From a virus: DNA of 64,000 bases. A model generated the notes under the pieces. That model was given only the letters and a program-made list of their open reading frames with translations. It did no database searches and was not told where the DNA came from. This document shows, piece after piece, positions 19,480 through 29,172 of this stretch (positions within the stretch are counted from its first letter, which is position 1; each line of letters opens with the position of its first letter). Both the position numbers and the translations under genes were made by a program. The stretch lies in the IMG/VR virus record IMGVR_UViG_3300028920_000040, positions 1 through 64,000 of that record. One strand, given 5' to 3'.

Positions 19480-19794
19480 ATGTTAGTCGCAAACAAAGCT
19501 GGATATACTATTTCATTTGTTGAAAATGGTAGAAAATATGTTATTCCTTTTGACAGAAGACCTTATGAGGTACCTGACTCGACCTTGGGAAAATATGGAG
19601 AACTGTTTCATATTATAGTACCACCAAAGCCGAATCCATTACCAAAGGCTGTAGAAAAAACTCCTGAACCAGTTGAAGTTAAGATAGAAGAATCAAAACC
19701 AAAAAAGAAAACAAAGCCCCTTAAGGGCGTTAAAATAAAAAAGAAAAAGAGAGAAGAACTTAGAAAAAGAAAGAAGTGTACATACGGCACTTGA
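19480..19794 (+). CDS. Small basic hypothetical protein
   Basis: RBS AGGAGG. Pro-rich linker and very Lys-rich C-terminus. Confidence 0.65.
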   Translation: MLVANKAGYTISFVENGRKYVIPFDRRPYEVPDSTLGKYGELFHIIVPPKPNPLPKAVEKTPEPVEVKIEESKPKKKTKPLKGVKIKKKKREELRKRKKCTYGT

Positions 19795-19802
19795 TAGATA
19801 TT

Positions 19803-19810
19803 TATAAATA
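19803..19810 (+). promoter_or_regulatory. T4-type late promoter TATAAATA
   Basis: Exact consensus before the neck gene. Confidence 0.7.
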
Positions 19811-19831
19811 CAGCTATAGGAGGATGTTTCT

Positions 19832-20608
19832 ATGGCAAAGATCACAACATTAGAGGGCATGAGAAATTACTGCAAGCTTATGCTTGGTATGCCTGTAATT
19901 AATGTAGAAATTGATGATACACAATTCAATCAGATTATAGAAGATTCTGTACAGGATTTTACAAGATATAATTATGATGAAGGCAGTTATATGGATTATA
20001 TTATCTTCACGGCTTCGGCTGGTGTAGATTCATATCCAGCATCTGCATATCCACAACTTGCGGAAATTAAAGACATATATGATTTTTCTGTTTCGTTTGG
20101 ATTGGATGGAATCAATACACTTTTTAGTCCTACTCACTTATTACTTTTTGATCAGTATGTGAACAGAGGAAATTATCCAGGCGGCCCGGGTACTGGCACA
20201 GGAACATTTCCTGCTAATACAGGAATGGTATTAACAGGGTATCAAATAGCAATGATGTATTTAGAAGAAATTAAAAATTCATTTGCAAAGATGTATCATG
20301 CAGATTGGATACCGGGAAGGGAAGTACTACGAATAGTACCAACACCATCAGAAAATATAACTGGACTTTTAGTTGTATATAAAAGAGAATATGCTACTCA
20401 TTTATATAATCATCCACTAGTAAAGAAACTTTGCGTTGCAAGATGTAGAATACAAATGGGATGGCATCTTAATAAGTATGGTGCAACACTACCAGACGGA
20501 ATTTCAATTAATGCGGGCGAAATGGTTGCTAAAGGCGAAAAAGATGAAGAAGCAGCTATGGAAAATATTAGATTAGAAAGCTCGCCAATAGATTTTTATA
20601 TTGCATAG
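19832..20608 (+). CDS. gp13: Neck protein (T4 gp13-like)
   Basis: LGMPVINVEIDDTQF..IIEDS, WHLNKY..LPDGISINA, C-terminal PIDFYIA. Confidence 0.85.
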   Translation: MAKITTLEGMRNYCKLMLGMPVINVEIDDTQFNQIIEDSVQDFTRYNYDEGSYMDYIIFTASAGVDSYPASAYPQLAEIKDIYDFSVSFGLDGINTLFSPTHLLLFDQYVNRGNYPGGPGTGTGTFPANTGMVLTGYQIAMMYLEEIKNSFAKMYHADWIPGREVLRIVPTPSENITGLLVVYKREYATHLYNHPLVKKLCVARCRIQMGWHLNKYGATLPDGISINAGEMVAKGEKDEEAAMENIRLESSPIDFYIA

Positions 20609-20617
20609 GAGAAAAAA

Positions 20618-20992
20618 ATGAAAAACAGACTAACAGAAGCAGCGAATCGTTTTCTTGGTGAAGAAGATTTAGGAGAACCTTCTACGATTGATTTTCAGCA
20701 GGAATTTTTTAATACTGGTCTTTCAGTTGAAAAAGGATTAACAGAAGATCAAGTCGATTCCGATCAACTCATCGAGGGTATGAAAGTTGAAATGGAACAT
20801 ACCACTAACGAAGACATTGCAAAGAAGATTGCTCTTGATCATCTTGCAGAAAATCCAAAGTATTATGATTACTTGAAAGAAATGGAAGAAAAGATGGAAA
20901 AAAGTTCTGATGATAAACCAGAAGAAGGTAGTGTTCCTGACAACGCAGTTGATATCGATATGGAAGAACCATCGGAGGAAGACGAAGAATAA
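20618..20992 (+). CDS. DUF5661-like acidic phage protein
   Basis: GMKVEMEHT..DIAKKIALDHLAENPKYYDYL signature. Confidence 0.7.
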   Translation: MKNRLTEAANRFLGEEDLGEPSTIDFQQEFFNTGLSVEKGLTEDQVDSDQLIEGMKVEMEHTTNEDIAKKIALDHLAENPKYYDYLKEMEEKMEKSSDDKPEEGSVPDNAVDIDMEEPSEEDEE

Positions 20993-21501
20993 TGTCAATT
21001 CTTAACGAGATTGAAAAATATTTTAAAGACAAAGAAGTCTTTGTTGATATGGATGGTGTGCTTACAGATTTTGATAAGCATTTTGAAACTCTCGGATTTG
21101 GTACAGTAGAAGAGGCAGAAGAAGAAACTCATAAGAGAGTGTGGAGACTTGTTAAAGATCACGGTAATAAGGAATTTTGGAGTAAGATGCCTTGGATACA
21201 CAATGGCAAAAAACTTTGGGACATTGTTAAACAATATAATCCAACTATATTAAGCTCTCCTATTAAAGATAAAAGTTGCTACGAAGGAAAGAGAGAGTGG
21301 GTAGAAAGAGAACTTGGTCCTAGAGTTAAAGTTATTCTTAGATCTGATAAAGAATCTTTGGCGCATCCAAATGCATTACTAATCGATGACAGATCAAAAA
21401 ATATTATCAATTGGAAACTTAAAGGCGGAGTGGGTATTAAACATAAAGATAATGATTTGGAATCTACTATTAATCAACTTAAAAAGTTTATCGAGGAATA
21501 A
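20992..21501 (+). CDS. HAD-family 5'(3')-deoxyribonucleotidase (NT5C-like)
   Basis: VFVDMDGVLTDF (DxD motif I), ILSSP, GKREW, LLIDDR. Confidence 0.85.
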   Translation: MSILNEIEKYFKDKEVFVDMDGVLTDFDKHFETLGFGTVEEAEEETHKRVWRLVKDHGNKEFWSKMPWIHNGKKLWDIVKQYNPTILSSPIKDKSCYEGKREWVERELGPRVKVILRSDKESLAHPNALLIDDRSKNIINWKLKGGVGIKHKDNDLESTINQLKKFIEE

Positions 21502-22419
21502 ATGGAACAATATTATTATCCAGAAACTATAAAAAATATTACAATTGCTCTTCTTGATATGTTTGATGGCCTTGAAATTAAGAAGTATGATGTAAGCGGT
21601 ACTCTTGTAGAATCTAGAAATGTAACTCTTACATTCGGCCCTACTGATAAAATACGAAAAGATAGAATAGAAAATCATTATTATGATACTAGTGGCACGG
21701 GCCGAGAAACTCAAGTTTACGAATCCGGTCGAAGATATTATCCTTTACTTCCAAGAATGGCTTTAGTTCTTGGTGATATTTCTTATGATCCAAATAGAGC
21801 ATATGGAGTAAACGAGTGGAGATATTGGTTTGCTGAAACTTTAGAACTTAGTGGAACACATGATATAAACGAAGTTCTAAGAGACTATCAACCAACTCCA
21901 TATACTCTTGGTTATACATTAAATATAATGTCCGATTCTTTAGATTACTTTGCTCAAATAATGGAAAATATTCTTCCATACTTTAATCCAAAATTAATGT
22001 TAAGAGTAAAAGAATTTTCTTTTCTTAATATAGAAAGAGATTTACCAGTTTCTATTTTATCTATTACTCCAGAAATGGTTGATGATATGGATGAAAATGA
22101 AACCAAATATACTAATGCAACGATAGCAATTCAAGTCGAAGCATTTATGTATAGACCATTTGAATATAGTAAAATTATTAAATATATTCATTCGAAGTAT
22201 CTTGTTGCAACAGACGCAGGATCAGTATCAGCAGCAACAACTTCTGCTGGTTTACTTTCTGCATCTAGATATGATACTTCGGGCGTTAGTACATCCGGTG
22301 GAGAAATTGATACAAGCGCATTTCCACCATCAGGTTCATATAATATTAGTGGTAGCTTTGCAGGCGATCCACCAGAAACATATTATTATTTCACCAGCGC
22401 AGACCCTTATGATAACTAG
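21502..22419 (+). CDS. gp15: Tail sheath stabilizer/completion protein (T4 gp15-like)
   Basis: LLPRM, PTPYTL, QIMENILPYFNP. Position before the terminase genes. Confidence 0.85.
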   Translation: MEQYYYPETIKNITIALLDMFDGLEIKKYDVSGTLVESRNVTLTFGPTDKIRKDRIENHYYDTSGTGRETQVYESGRRYYPLLPRMALVLGDISYDPNRAYGVNEWRYWFAETLELSGTHDINEVLRDYQPTPYTLGYTLNIMSDSLDYFAQIMENILPYFNPKLMLRVKEFSFLNIERDLPVSILSITPEMVDDMDENETKYTNATIAIQVEAFMYRPFEYSKIIKYIHSKYLVATDAGSVSAATTSAGLLSASRYDTSGVSTSGGEIDTSAFPPSGSYNISGSFAGDPPETYYYFTSADPYDN

Positions 22420-22428
22420 GAGTAAATT

Positions 22429-22935
22429 ATGTCTGAATTGGACGGAACATTTGATAAGTTGAATGATAAGTTTAATACTTCTTTTACAACAAGCTCATCA
22501 GAGATTGATAAAATAGAAGAAGAAATTCAAGAAATTGAAGATAAGAAAAATGAACTTATTGTTCGTAGTAATAAGACTGATCTTGTTATTAAAGATCAAG
22601 ATTATTTAGAAGAAGAAATCAAAGAACTTATTGATAATTCTAAAACTGTTCTTCAAAAACTTCAAAATGATATTAAAATTGGAAGTCCTGCAAGAATGTA
22701 TGAAGTCTATGCAGAACTACTTAACTCAGTTTTAAATCAATATAAAGAACTTAGAGAATTAAATAAGATGATTGAAAGTATGAAAATTATGTCTGGAGCA
22801 GGATTTAGACCATCAGTTGAAGAAAAAGATAACAAAATTTCTCTTACCTCTGATCAACTTATCGATGTTGTAAATAAAGCCAAAAAAAATAGCCAACTTA
22901 ATGCTATCGATGCTAGTTTTGAAATAGAAGAATAA
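22429..22935 (+). CDS. gp16: Terminase small subunit (T4 gp16-like)
   Basis: PARMYEVYAELL motif. Directly upstream of the large terminase. Confidence 0.75.
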   Translation: MSELDGTFDKLNDKFNTSFTTSSSEIDKIEEEIQEIEDKKNELIVRSNKTDLVIKDQDYLEEEIKELIDNSKTVLQKLQNDIKIGSPARMYEVYAELLNSVLNQYKELRELNKMIESMKIMSGAGFRPSVEEKDNKISLTSDQLIDVVNKAKKNSQLNAIDASFEIEE

Positions 22936-22948
22936 GGCAAGTAATATT

Positions 22949-24526
22949 ATGTATATGGGAAACGCATCTTTGCGTAAAGCCGGAGAAGAAATTGAATATA
23001 CTCCTGAAATGCTTCAAGAATATGTCCGGTGCAAAGAAGATATAATTTATTTTGCAGAAAAATATTTTTATATAATTACTATTGATGAAGGAAAAATATT
23101 AATAAATCTTTATAATTTTCAAAAGAAAATTTTAAAAGCATGTATTGATCCTCCAGACCATAGAAATTATCTCATAACAATGATGCCTCGCCAGCAAGGA
23201 AAGACTACAACATTCTCTATATATTTTCTTTGGTATATTTTATTTCATAGAGATAAGACAGTTGCTCTCTTAGCAAACAAACAATCAACAGCCATTGAAA
23301 TATTAGATAGAGTAAAAACTGCATATCAAAATCTTCCTCTTTGGTTACAGCAAGGAATTGCTGATGCAGGATGGAATCAAAAATCAATTTCATTAGAAAA
23401 CGGTTCAAGAATTATTGCAGAAAGTACTTCATCAGATGCTATTTCCGGCTGGACGATTTCTCTTTTGTACTTGGATGAGTTTGCAAAAGTTCCAAGACAC
23501 GTTGCAGAAGATTTTATTACATCGACATATCCTGTTATTTCCAGCGGACAAACTTCTAAAATTATGATTGTCAGTACTCCTGTCGGATTAAATCACTTTT
23601 ATGAATTTTGGATTAAAGCAGTAAGAGGTCAAAATAACTTTTATCCTATTAAAGTTGGATGGTGGGAAAAACCAGGAAGGGATAAGGAATGGAAGAAGAA
23701 GACAGAAGCGGATATTGGAAAGCTTCGTTTTGCACAAGAGTATGGTTGCAAATTTCTTGGTAGTTCTTCTACTCTTATTGATTCTGATATACTTGAACAA
23801 ATTGAACTTAAAGACCCAATTGATACTAAATGGACTGGACTGTTTAATATTTATGAGGAACCAAAGTCAGGTGCAGTTTATGTATTAGGAGTGGATACAG
23901 GCAAGGGAGTCGGCCGAGATTATTCAGTTATTCAGGTATTAAAAATAGTTAGTAGTACTGAAATATATCAAGTTGCTGTATATAGAAATAATCAAATTTC
24001 TCCTCAGGATTTTGCACAGGTATGTATTTCAGTATCAGAATTTTATAATAATGCTCAAATGATGGTAGAAAATAATGATATTGGCCAGACAGTATGTGAT
24101 ACAATTTGGTATGAATATGAGTGTGATAGATTATTAAATTTTGATACTGATGTTAATAAGATAAGAAAGAATCTTGAGCTTGGAATTAGGAGTACTAGAA
24201 AGACAAAACTTCAGGCAAATGTATTACTTAAAAATTATATGGAAAAAGAATGGTTATCGATTTGTGACCAGAGAACTGTTTATGAATTAAGCAGATATGA
24301 AGAAGTAAGACCAAATGTATTTAATGCAGGGCGAGACGATCACGACGATTGTGTTACATCTCTTTTATGGGCATTATTTTATGTAAATACTCCTTATTAT
24401 GAGGGATTTGATATGGGTAACAAGACGATAGACACTAAATACAGGATAGATAATGACGAAGAGGATGATTCTATTTATGATGAGCCTCCTCCAGTTGTTT
24501 TTGATGGTGAAGAGTATTATTATTAA
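22949..24526 (+). CDS. gp17: Terminase large subunit (T4 gp17-like)
   Basis: YMGNASL, Walker A PRQQGKTT, Walker B LLYLDEFA, VSTP.G.NHFY, QEYGCKFLGS, GVDTGKGVGRDYS, HDDCV. Confidence 0.97.
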   Translation: MYMGNASLRKAGEEIEYTPEMLQEYVRCKEDIIYFAEKYFYIITIDEGKILINLYNFQKKILKACIDPPDHRNYLITMMPRQQGKTTTFSIYFLWYILFHRDKTVALLANKQSTAIEILDRVKTAYQNLPLWLQQGIADAGWNQKSISLENGSRIIAESTSSDAISGWTISLLYLDEFAKVPRHVAEDFITSTYPVISSGQTSKIMIVSTPVGLNHFYEFWIKAVRGQNNFYPIKVGWWEKPGRDKEWKKKTEADIGKLRFAQEYGCKFLGSSSTLIDSDILEQIELKDPIDTKWTGLFNIYEEPKSGAVYVLGVDTGKGVGRDYSVIQVLKIVSSTEIYQVAVYRNNQISPQDFAQVCISVSEFYNNAQMMVENNDIGQTVCDTIWYEYECDRLLNFDTDVNKIRKNLELGIRSTRKTKLQANVLLKNYMEKEWLSICDQRTVYELSRYEEVRPNVFNAGRDDHDDCVTSLLWALFYVNTPYYEGFDMGNKTIDTKYRIDNDEEDDSIYDEPPPVVFDGEEYYY

Positions 24527-24531
24527 TCAAT

Positions 24532-24562
24532 TATAAATAATTGTGATTAAAATATATAAATA
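24532..24562 (+). promoter_or_regulatory. Two tandem T4-type late promoters (TATAAATA at 24532 and 24555)
   Basis: Two exact consensus copies upstream of the sheath gene. Confidence 0.75.
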
Positions 24563-24621
24563 CTAATGATAAGTTTTGACTTATAGAAAAATATATAGAT
24601 ACCAATTAGAGGAGGTATAAA

Positions 24622-26508
24622 ATGCCAAGAGTTTTTAAGACACCGGGTGTTTATAGGGAAGAAATTGATCTTTCTGAAATTCTAATTCCTGGAGGCATTT
24701 CTGACGGTGGAGTAGTACTTAGAGCTAAAAAAGGTCCTATTAACAGACCAGTTCTTATTTCAAACGATAAAGAATTTGTAGAAACATTTGGTGAACCTAT
24801 CTATGTTTCTGGAACGGGAACAAGCACAACTCTTCAAAAGTTAACTCCCGAGTGGGGTTATGGAGCATATGCCGCTCTTGAATTTCTTAAAGAATCTTCA
24901 ACTCTTTATGTTGTAAGAGACTATGATTCAGACAACGATGTTTATGCTGAAGTTGCTTATGAAACAGATTTGAGTGTAGATACTTCCGCATATAAAACAA
25001 GTGCGTTAGATTATTCTATTACTGTTTCTGCAGGAACAAGACCATCTGGAGTTATAGATAGAGTAGATAGAATTTATTCTATTGATACTGCTTCTGAAAA
25101 TATGAGCACGCAAGAACTTCTTGTTGCCGCTCTTGGTCCTGGTACGGATGGAAATGATATTGCTGTTACTATTGAACCATTTAGTATTTCTGCTGATTGG
25201 AAGTTTACTTATGATGGATATCCAACATCTTCTGATGCCGCTTCTGCATCATTAAGTGTGGCAGAAATGGTAACATATTATCCTATTGGTGTCAACGTAT
25301 TTAAGATGAATGTATATACTAAACCTAGTACTGCAAACTGGTCTGACTATTATACTTTATCTGGTGACCAAGCAAATAATAGACTTAGAATTTCTCCTGT
25401 AGAAACATTCTATGGAAGTTTAACTTCACAAGTGGACGGAAATAATAATCAGCTTTATATTGAAGATGTTGTTAATGGAAATTCACAATACATTTATGTA
25501 AAGACTAAACTTGGAGCATCAACGAGATTTACCCCTTTTACATCTGAGGCTCAAGCTTCAAATCTTCCAGTTAAAGAAGATTCTAACGGAACGGAATATG
25601 TCGATTATCAAATGCTCGGAGAACTTTCCGGTGGTGTTGCTCCTATTCCAAATGAAACGGCTCTTACTTCTACAACTAACTGGGACCTCTTTGAAAACAG
25701 AGAAGAAGTAAATGTTGGAATTCTGATTTGTCCTACATACAAAACCGCAGTTAAGCAAGAAGTTGCCAGAGTCACTGCAAAGAGACTTGACTGTATTGCC
25801 GTTGTGCAGGCCGCTGATCTAACTAAAGAAACGACAACTAATGTTCTTGATCAAGAAGAATATGGATATCAGTCGCCTTCATATGTGGCAATATACGCAG
25901 GATATGCCAAGGTCTATGATAAGTACAATGATAAGTTTGTATTTCTACCTAACGCAATCTTTGGTGCTTCCTTGATGGCAAGAACTGATAGAATTGCAAA
26001 TCCTTGGGATGCTCCTGCTGGTATAGACAGAGGAACTCTTTCTGTTCTTGATCAGAGAAAGATTTGGACAAGTGTTGATATTGGAAAGCTTTACGAAAAA
26101 AATATTAATACAACAAAATTTCATAGAGGTGTCGGTCATGTAATGTGGGGACAGAAGACTGCTCAAATGAAAGCTTCTGCTCTTGATAGAATCAATGTTA
26201 GAAGAAATCTTCTTTACATTGAAAATAATGTGGAACCGGCTCTTGTCCAGTTCATCTTTGAGAACAACACATCAAAGACAAGATTGAGAGTATTCTCTCT
26301 TGTTGATAGCTTCCTTGCTGGTGTACAAGCTGGTGGTGGATTAACAGCTTATCAGGTTGTTGTTGATGAAAGTAATAATACTGCTGATGTTATCGACGCT
26401 AACCAGATGATCGTTGATATTTATGTACAGCCTGTTAGAGCAATTGAGTTCATCCAGTTGAGAACTATTATAACAAGAACTGGAGTTAGTTTCGAACAGA
26501 TAGTGTAA
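24622..26508 (+). CDS. gp18: Tail sheath protein (T4 gp18-like)
   Basis: TPGVYREEIDLS, KGPINRP, PWDAPAGIDRG, WGQKT..SALDRINVRR, VVDESNNT, QPVRAIEFI. Confidence 0.97.
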   Translation: MPRVFKTPGVYREEIDLSEILIPGGISDGGVVLRAKKGPINRPVLISNDKEFVETFGEPIYVSGTGTSTTLQKLTPEWGYGAYAALEFLKESSTLYVVRDYDSDNDVYAEVAYETDLSVDTSAYKTSALDYSITVSAGTRPSGVIDRVDRIYSIDTASENMSTQELLVAALGPGTDGNDIAVTIEPFSISADWKFTYDGYPTSSDAASASLSVAEMVTYYPIGVNVFKMNVYTKPSTANWSDYYTLSGDQANNRLRISPVETFYGSLTSQVDGNNNQLYIEDVVNGNSQYIYVKTKLGASTRFTPFTSEAQASNLPVKEDSNGTEYVDYQMLGELSGGVAPIPNETALTSTTNWDLFENREEVNVGILICPTYKTAVKQEVARVTAKRLDCIAVVQAADLTKETTTNVLDQEEYGYQSPSYVAIYAGYAKVYDKYNDKFVFLPNAIFGASLMARTDRIANPWDAPAGIDRGTLSVLDQRKIWTSVDIGKLYEKNINTTKFHRGVGHVMWGQKTAQMKASALDRINVRRNLLYIENNVEPALVQFIFENNTSKTRLRVFSLVDSFLAGVQAGGGLTAYQVVVDESNNTADVIDANQMIVDIYVQPVRAIEFIQLRTIITRTGVSFEQIV

Positions 26509-26509
26509 T

Positions 26510-26576
26510 AAAATAATGGGGGACAGCGGCGACGGTCGTTTCCTGAAACCTTATTGAGTAAGGATTACCCTATTTT
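26510..26576 (+). other. Candidate three-way-junction structured RNA upstream of the HNH ORF
   Basis: Outer stem ATGGGG/CCCTAT encloses hairpins AGCGGC-gacg-GTCGTT and CCTTAT-tga-GTAAGG. GC-rich relative to its flanks. Confidence 0.4.
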
Positions 26577-26585
26577 AAAATACTT

Positions 26586-26903
26586 ATGAATTTAAGATAT
26601 AGAATTTGGTCCGCAATATCGAATAATATTAAGTCGTATCGCACAAAAAATTTGATTGGATGTTCTTTAAATAATCTTAAAAATCGTTTACAAAAAACAG
26701 CAATTATGAATGGATATAAAGATTTTGATATAAATAATTATGACGGGAAGAAGTATCATATAGATCATATAATTCCATGTTCTATATTTGATTTGAGTAA
26801 AGAAGAGGAACAACGAAAATGTTTTCACTGGAGCAATTTACAAATATTGGAGGCTAGTGAAAACTTGAAGAAAAATAAAAAGAATATTTTTCAAGGAGAT
26901 TAA
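26586..26903 (+). CDS. HNH homing endonuclease, short/likely N-terminally truncated
   Basis: YHIDHIIPCSIFDL..QRKCFHWSNLQILEASENLKK HNH core. Free-standing between sheath and tube genes, with no clear RBS. Confidence 0.75.
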   Translation: MNLRYRIWSAISNNIKSYRTKNLIGCSLNNLKNRLQKTAIMNGYKDFDINNYDGKKYHIDHIIPCSIFDLSKEEEQRKCFHWSNLQILEASENLKKNKKNIFQGD

Positions 26904-26905
26904 AT

Positions 26906-27478
26906 ATGCCTGATTTCACCATCGAGGGCCGCGCTAAAAACATTCCTGATGTACAGAGAACTTTTCTCTGGGAACTATCAGTACCGGATATTGGCTCTAT
27001 TGTCGATAATGAAATTACCGAAGAAGGTTTGGTAATTAGATGCCGTAATGCTGTTCTTCCAGAAAGAGGAATAGATATTATTACAAGTAACTTTATGGGC
27101 ATGGAGCAAGTCTTTGCCGGTAAACCAACGTTTCCACATACGTTTACAACAACGATCGAAGAAACGGAAGACCAGAAAGTTACAAAAGCATTTTATGCTT
27201 GGAGGCAAAAGATATTTGATGCCGAGCCTGGAGCAATTACAGGCGGAGTTTCTAAGGTAGCTAGAAAAAGAAATGTTGCTGGTTTTTCAGGATATGCAAC
27301 AGATGTTTATATGATTCCATATAAGTACAACGGCGAACCATTGGATAGAGTATTCAGATTCATTAACTGTTGGCCAGCTACTGTTGGTGAAGTATCAATG
27401 TCATATACTGATAATGCCGCGGTTCAATATTCAGTTACTTTTGAATACGATTATTGGGTTCTTGAGAAAGCACAATAA
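26906..27478 (+). CDS. gp19: Tail tube protein (T4 gp19-like)
   Basis: RCRNAVLP, NCWPATVGEVSMSY, SVTFEYDYW. Follows the sheath gene. Confidence 0.9.
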   Translation: MPDFTIEGRAKNIPDVQRTFLWELSVPDIGSIVDNEITEEGLVIRCRNAVLPERGIDIITSNFMGMEQVFAGKPTFPHTFTTTIEETEDQKVTKAFYAWRQKIFDAEPGAITGGVSKVARKRNVAGFSGYATDVYMIPYKYNGEPLDRVFRFINCWPATVGEVSMSYTDNAAVQYSVTFEYDYWVLEKAQ

Positions 27479-27503
27479 TTTCCTCATAAGATGATAAATA
27501 TAT

Positions 27504-27543
27504 TAAGAGAGGGCGATGTACCAAAACTAGCTCTCTCTTATTT
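27504..27543 (+). terminator. Stem-loop (possible terminator) after the tail tube gene
   Basis: taagagagggc ... gctctctctta 11-bp stem, 15-nt loop, followed by T-rich sequence. Confidence 0.45.
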
Positions 27544-27577
27544 AAAATTTTTTTAACACATAACAGGAAAAGACAAT

Positions 27578-28207
27578 ATGCCTGTAGGACTGAATAGTGT
27601 TGAGTTGTTTCAATACTTTAGACTTCCAGAGCAACTTTTCGGAAAGTCGATACAACCAGCATGGAGATTCTATGCGACGTTTATAGATAATCCTTTTAAA
27701 AGTAATGCTACTCGTAACGAAATCGGACCTATGCCTGTTATAAGGTCTTATCATATAACAAGTATATCACTTCCAGAATATGCTTTTGCATCACAAGTTA
27801 TGATGTATGGACAAGTACCAAGAACGTTTCCAACAATAGATCATCGTGGATTTGCATTTGATGTTACATTTGAAGAAGATGAAAATGGAACAATTGCATT
27901 TTTTATTAATTGGTTACAAAGATCAATTATTGATGAGGAAGGATATTATAGAAATCCATTAAATAATAGAGTAGGTAATTTTGTCGTTGAAGTACAAGAT
28001 AAAAATGGTCTTCCAGTTATGTATTATTGGTTTGAAAATATATACTTTTTAAATGCTACTGGAGCATCATATAGTTATGAAGAAAACAGTCAGGTTAAGA
28101 GAACGATAACTTTTGGTGTGGATTTAGTAAAACATATATTTACTAAATATGCAGGAATAAACGCCGGGCAAAAATTTGTTACAAATAGATTGACAGGAAA
28201 TCTGTAA
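27578..28207 (+). CDS. Tube-fold baseplate/tube initiator protein (gp54-like)
   Basis: ITSISLPEY..FDVTFEEDE..NWLQ..FENIY..YSY..TITF tube-like pattern, plus position. Confidence 0.6.
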   Translation: MPVGLNSVELFQYFRLPEQLFGKSIQPAWRFYATFIDNPFKSNATRNEIGPMPVIRSYHITSISLPEYAFASQVMMYGQVPRTFPTIDHRGFAFDVTFEEDENGTIAFFINWLQRSIIDEEGYYRNPLNNRVGNFVVEVQDKNGLPVMYYWFENIYFLNATGASYSYEENSQVKRTITFGVDLVKHIFTKYAGINAGQKFVTNRLTGNL

Positions 28208-28236
28208 ATATAATTTATATAACAAGGAGAATGTAA

Positions 28237-29172
28237 ATGAAAATGGTTGATGTGAATGAAGAAGAACAAGTTCAAAAAAATGTTGAACCAGTTGTAGACC
28301 AAGCAACTGCAGATCAAGAAATTATTCAAAAGACAGTAGAAGCACTTCAGAGAGAGTCTGTTGATAAGGCAAAAGAAAATAGTCCAAAAATGTCTGAAGT
28401 CGTTCCTCCAGAACCAAAATCAAAAGAAAATACTGGAGACACCGGACCTAATTTTTGGCCTATTCAGGGACTTCCTTCAAAAGGAAGATTATACCCAAAA
28501 GGAACTGAAATATTGGGAAGACCTTTAAAAGTAATTGAGGTTAAAAAACTTTCTGGTTTGAATGAGAATAATGCTGATTATATAATTAATGATATTCTTA
28601 AAAGAACTATTAAGGGAGTTTCATTGGATGATATGTTTATTGCTGATAAACTTTTTATTGTTTTTTGGCTAAGAGCAAATACATTTAGAGAAAGTGGATA
28701 TGTAGTCGACTTTACATGTTCGAAGTGTGAAAAAGAATCAAAATTTCATTTCGAATTAGATAATCTTGAGATTCAATATTTGGATGATGAATTTAATCCT
28801 AATAATATACTTAAACTCAAGAATAAAGATACGATTAAAATTAATTTTCTAACTGTTGGTGATACAATGAAGATCAATAGATTTGTAGAAATTAATTCAA
28901 ATACAATAAGTGATATTGATGAAGAGTTGCTTGGTTTGGCGGCAATGATTCAATCTATTAATGGTGAAGAAAATAATAGCCTTTTATCAAAGTACAATTA
29001 TGTTTTAGGAATGGAGCCAACCGATTTCGCATATATTTCAAGTTATATTGAAAAATATGGTATGGGTATTAAACCATATGTAAATGTAAAATGTACGAAT
29101 TGTGGAGGTATATCCCCGACGGGGATTTCGTTTCGCGGCGACTTCTTTCTTCCCTCGTATCAATTTGAATGA
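28237..29172 (+). CDS. Baseplate hub assembly protein (T4 gp26-like)
   Basis: LPSKGRLYP..RPL, FWLRANT, two CxxC pairs (CSKC, CTNC), C-terminal DFF. Confidence 0.75.
   Translation: MKMVDVNEEEQVQKNVEPVVDQATADQEIIQKTVEALQRESVDKAKENSPKMSEVVPPEPKSKENTGDTGPNFWPIQGLPSKGRLYPKGTEILGRPLKVIEVKKLSGLNENNADYIINDILKRTIKGVSLDDMFIADKLFIVFWLRANTFRESGYVVDFTCSKCEKESKFHFELDNLEIQYLDDEFNPNNILKLKNKDTIKINFLTVGDTMKINRFVEINSNTISDIDEELLGLAAMIQSINGEENNSLLSKYNYVLGMEPTDFAYISSYIEKYGMGIKPYVNVKCTNCGGISPTGISFRGDFFLPSYQFE

Noticed and set aside
26521-26570. Hammerhead or hairpin ribozyme identity for the structured element (CTGA/GAAA, GACAG, ATTACC words)
   Set aside because: Required cores (CUGANGA...GAAA...UH; N*GUC with AGAA) are not present in the right arrangement. 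Kept only as an unassigned candidate.
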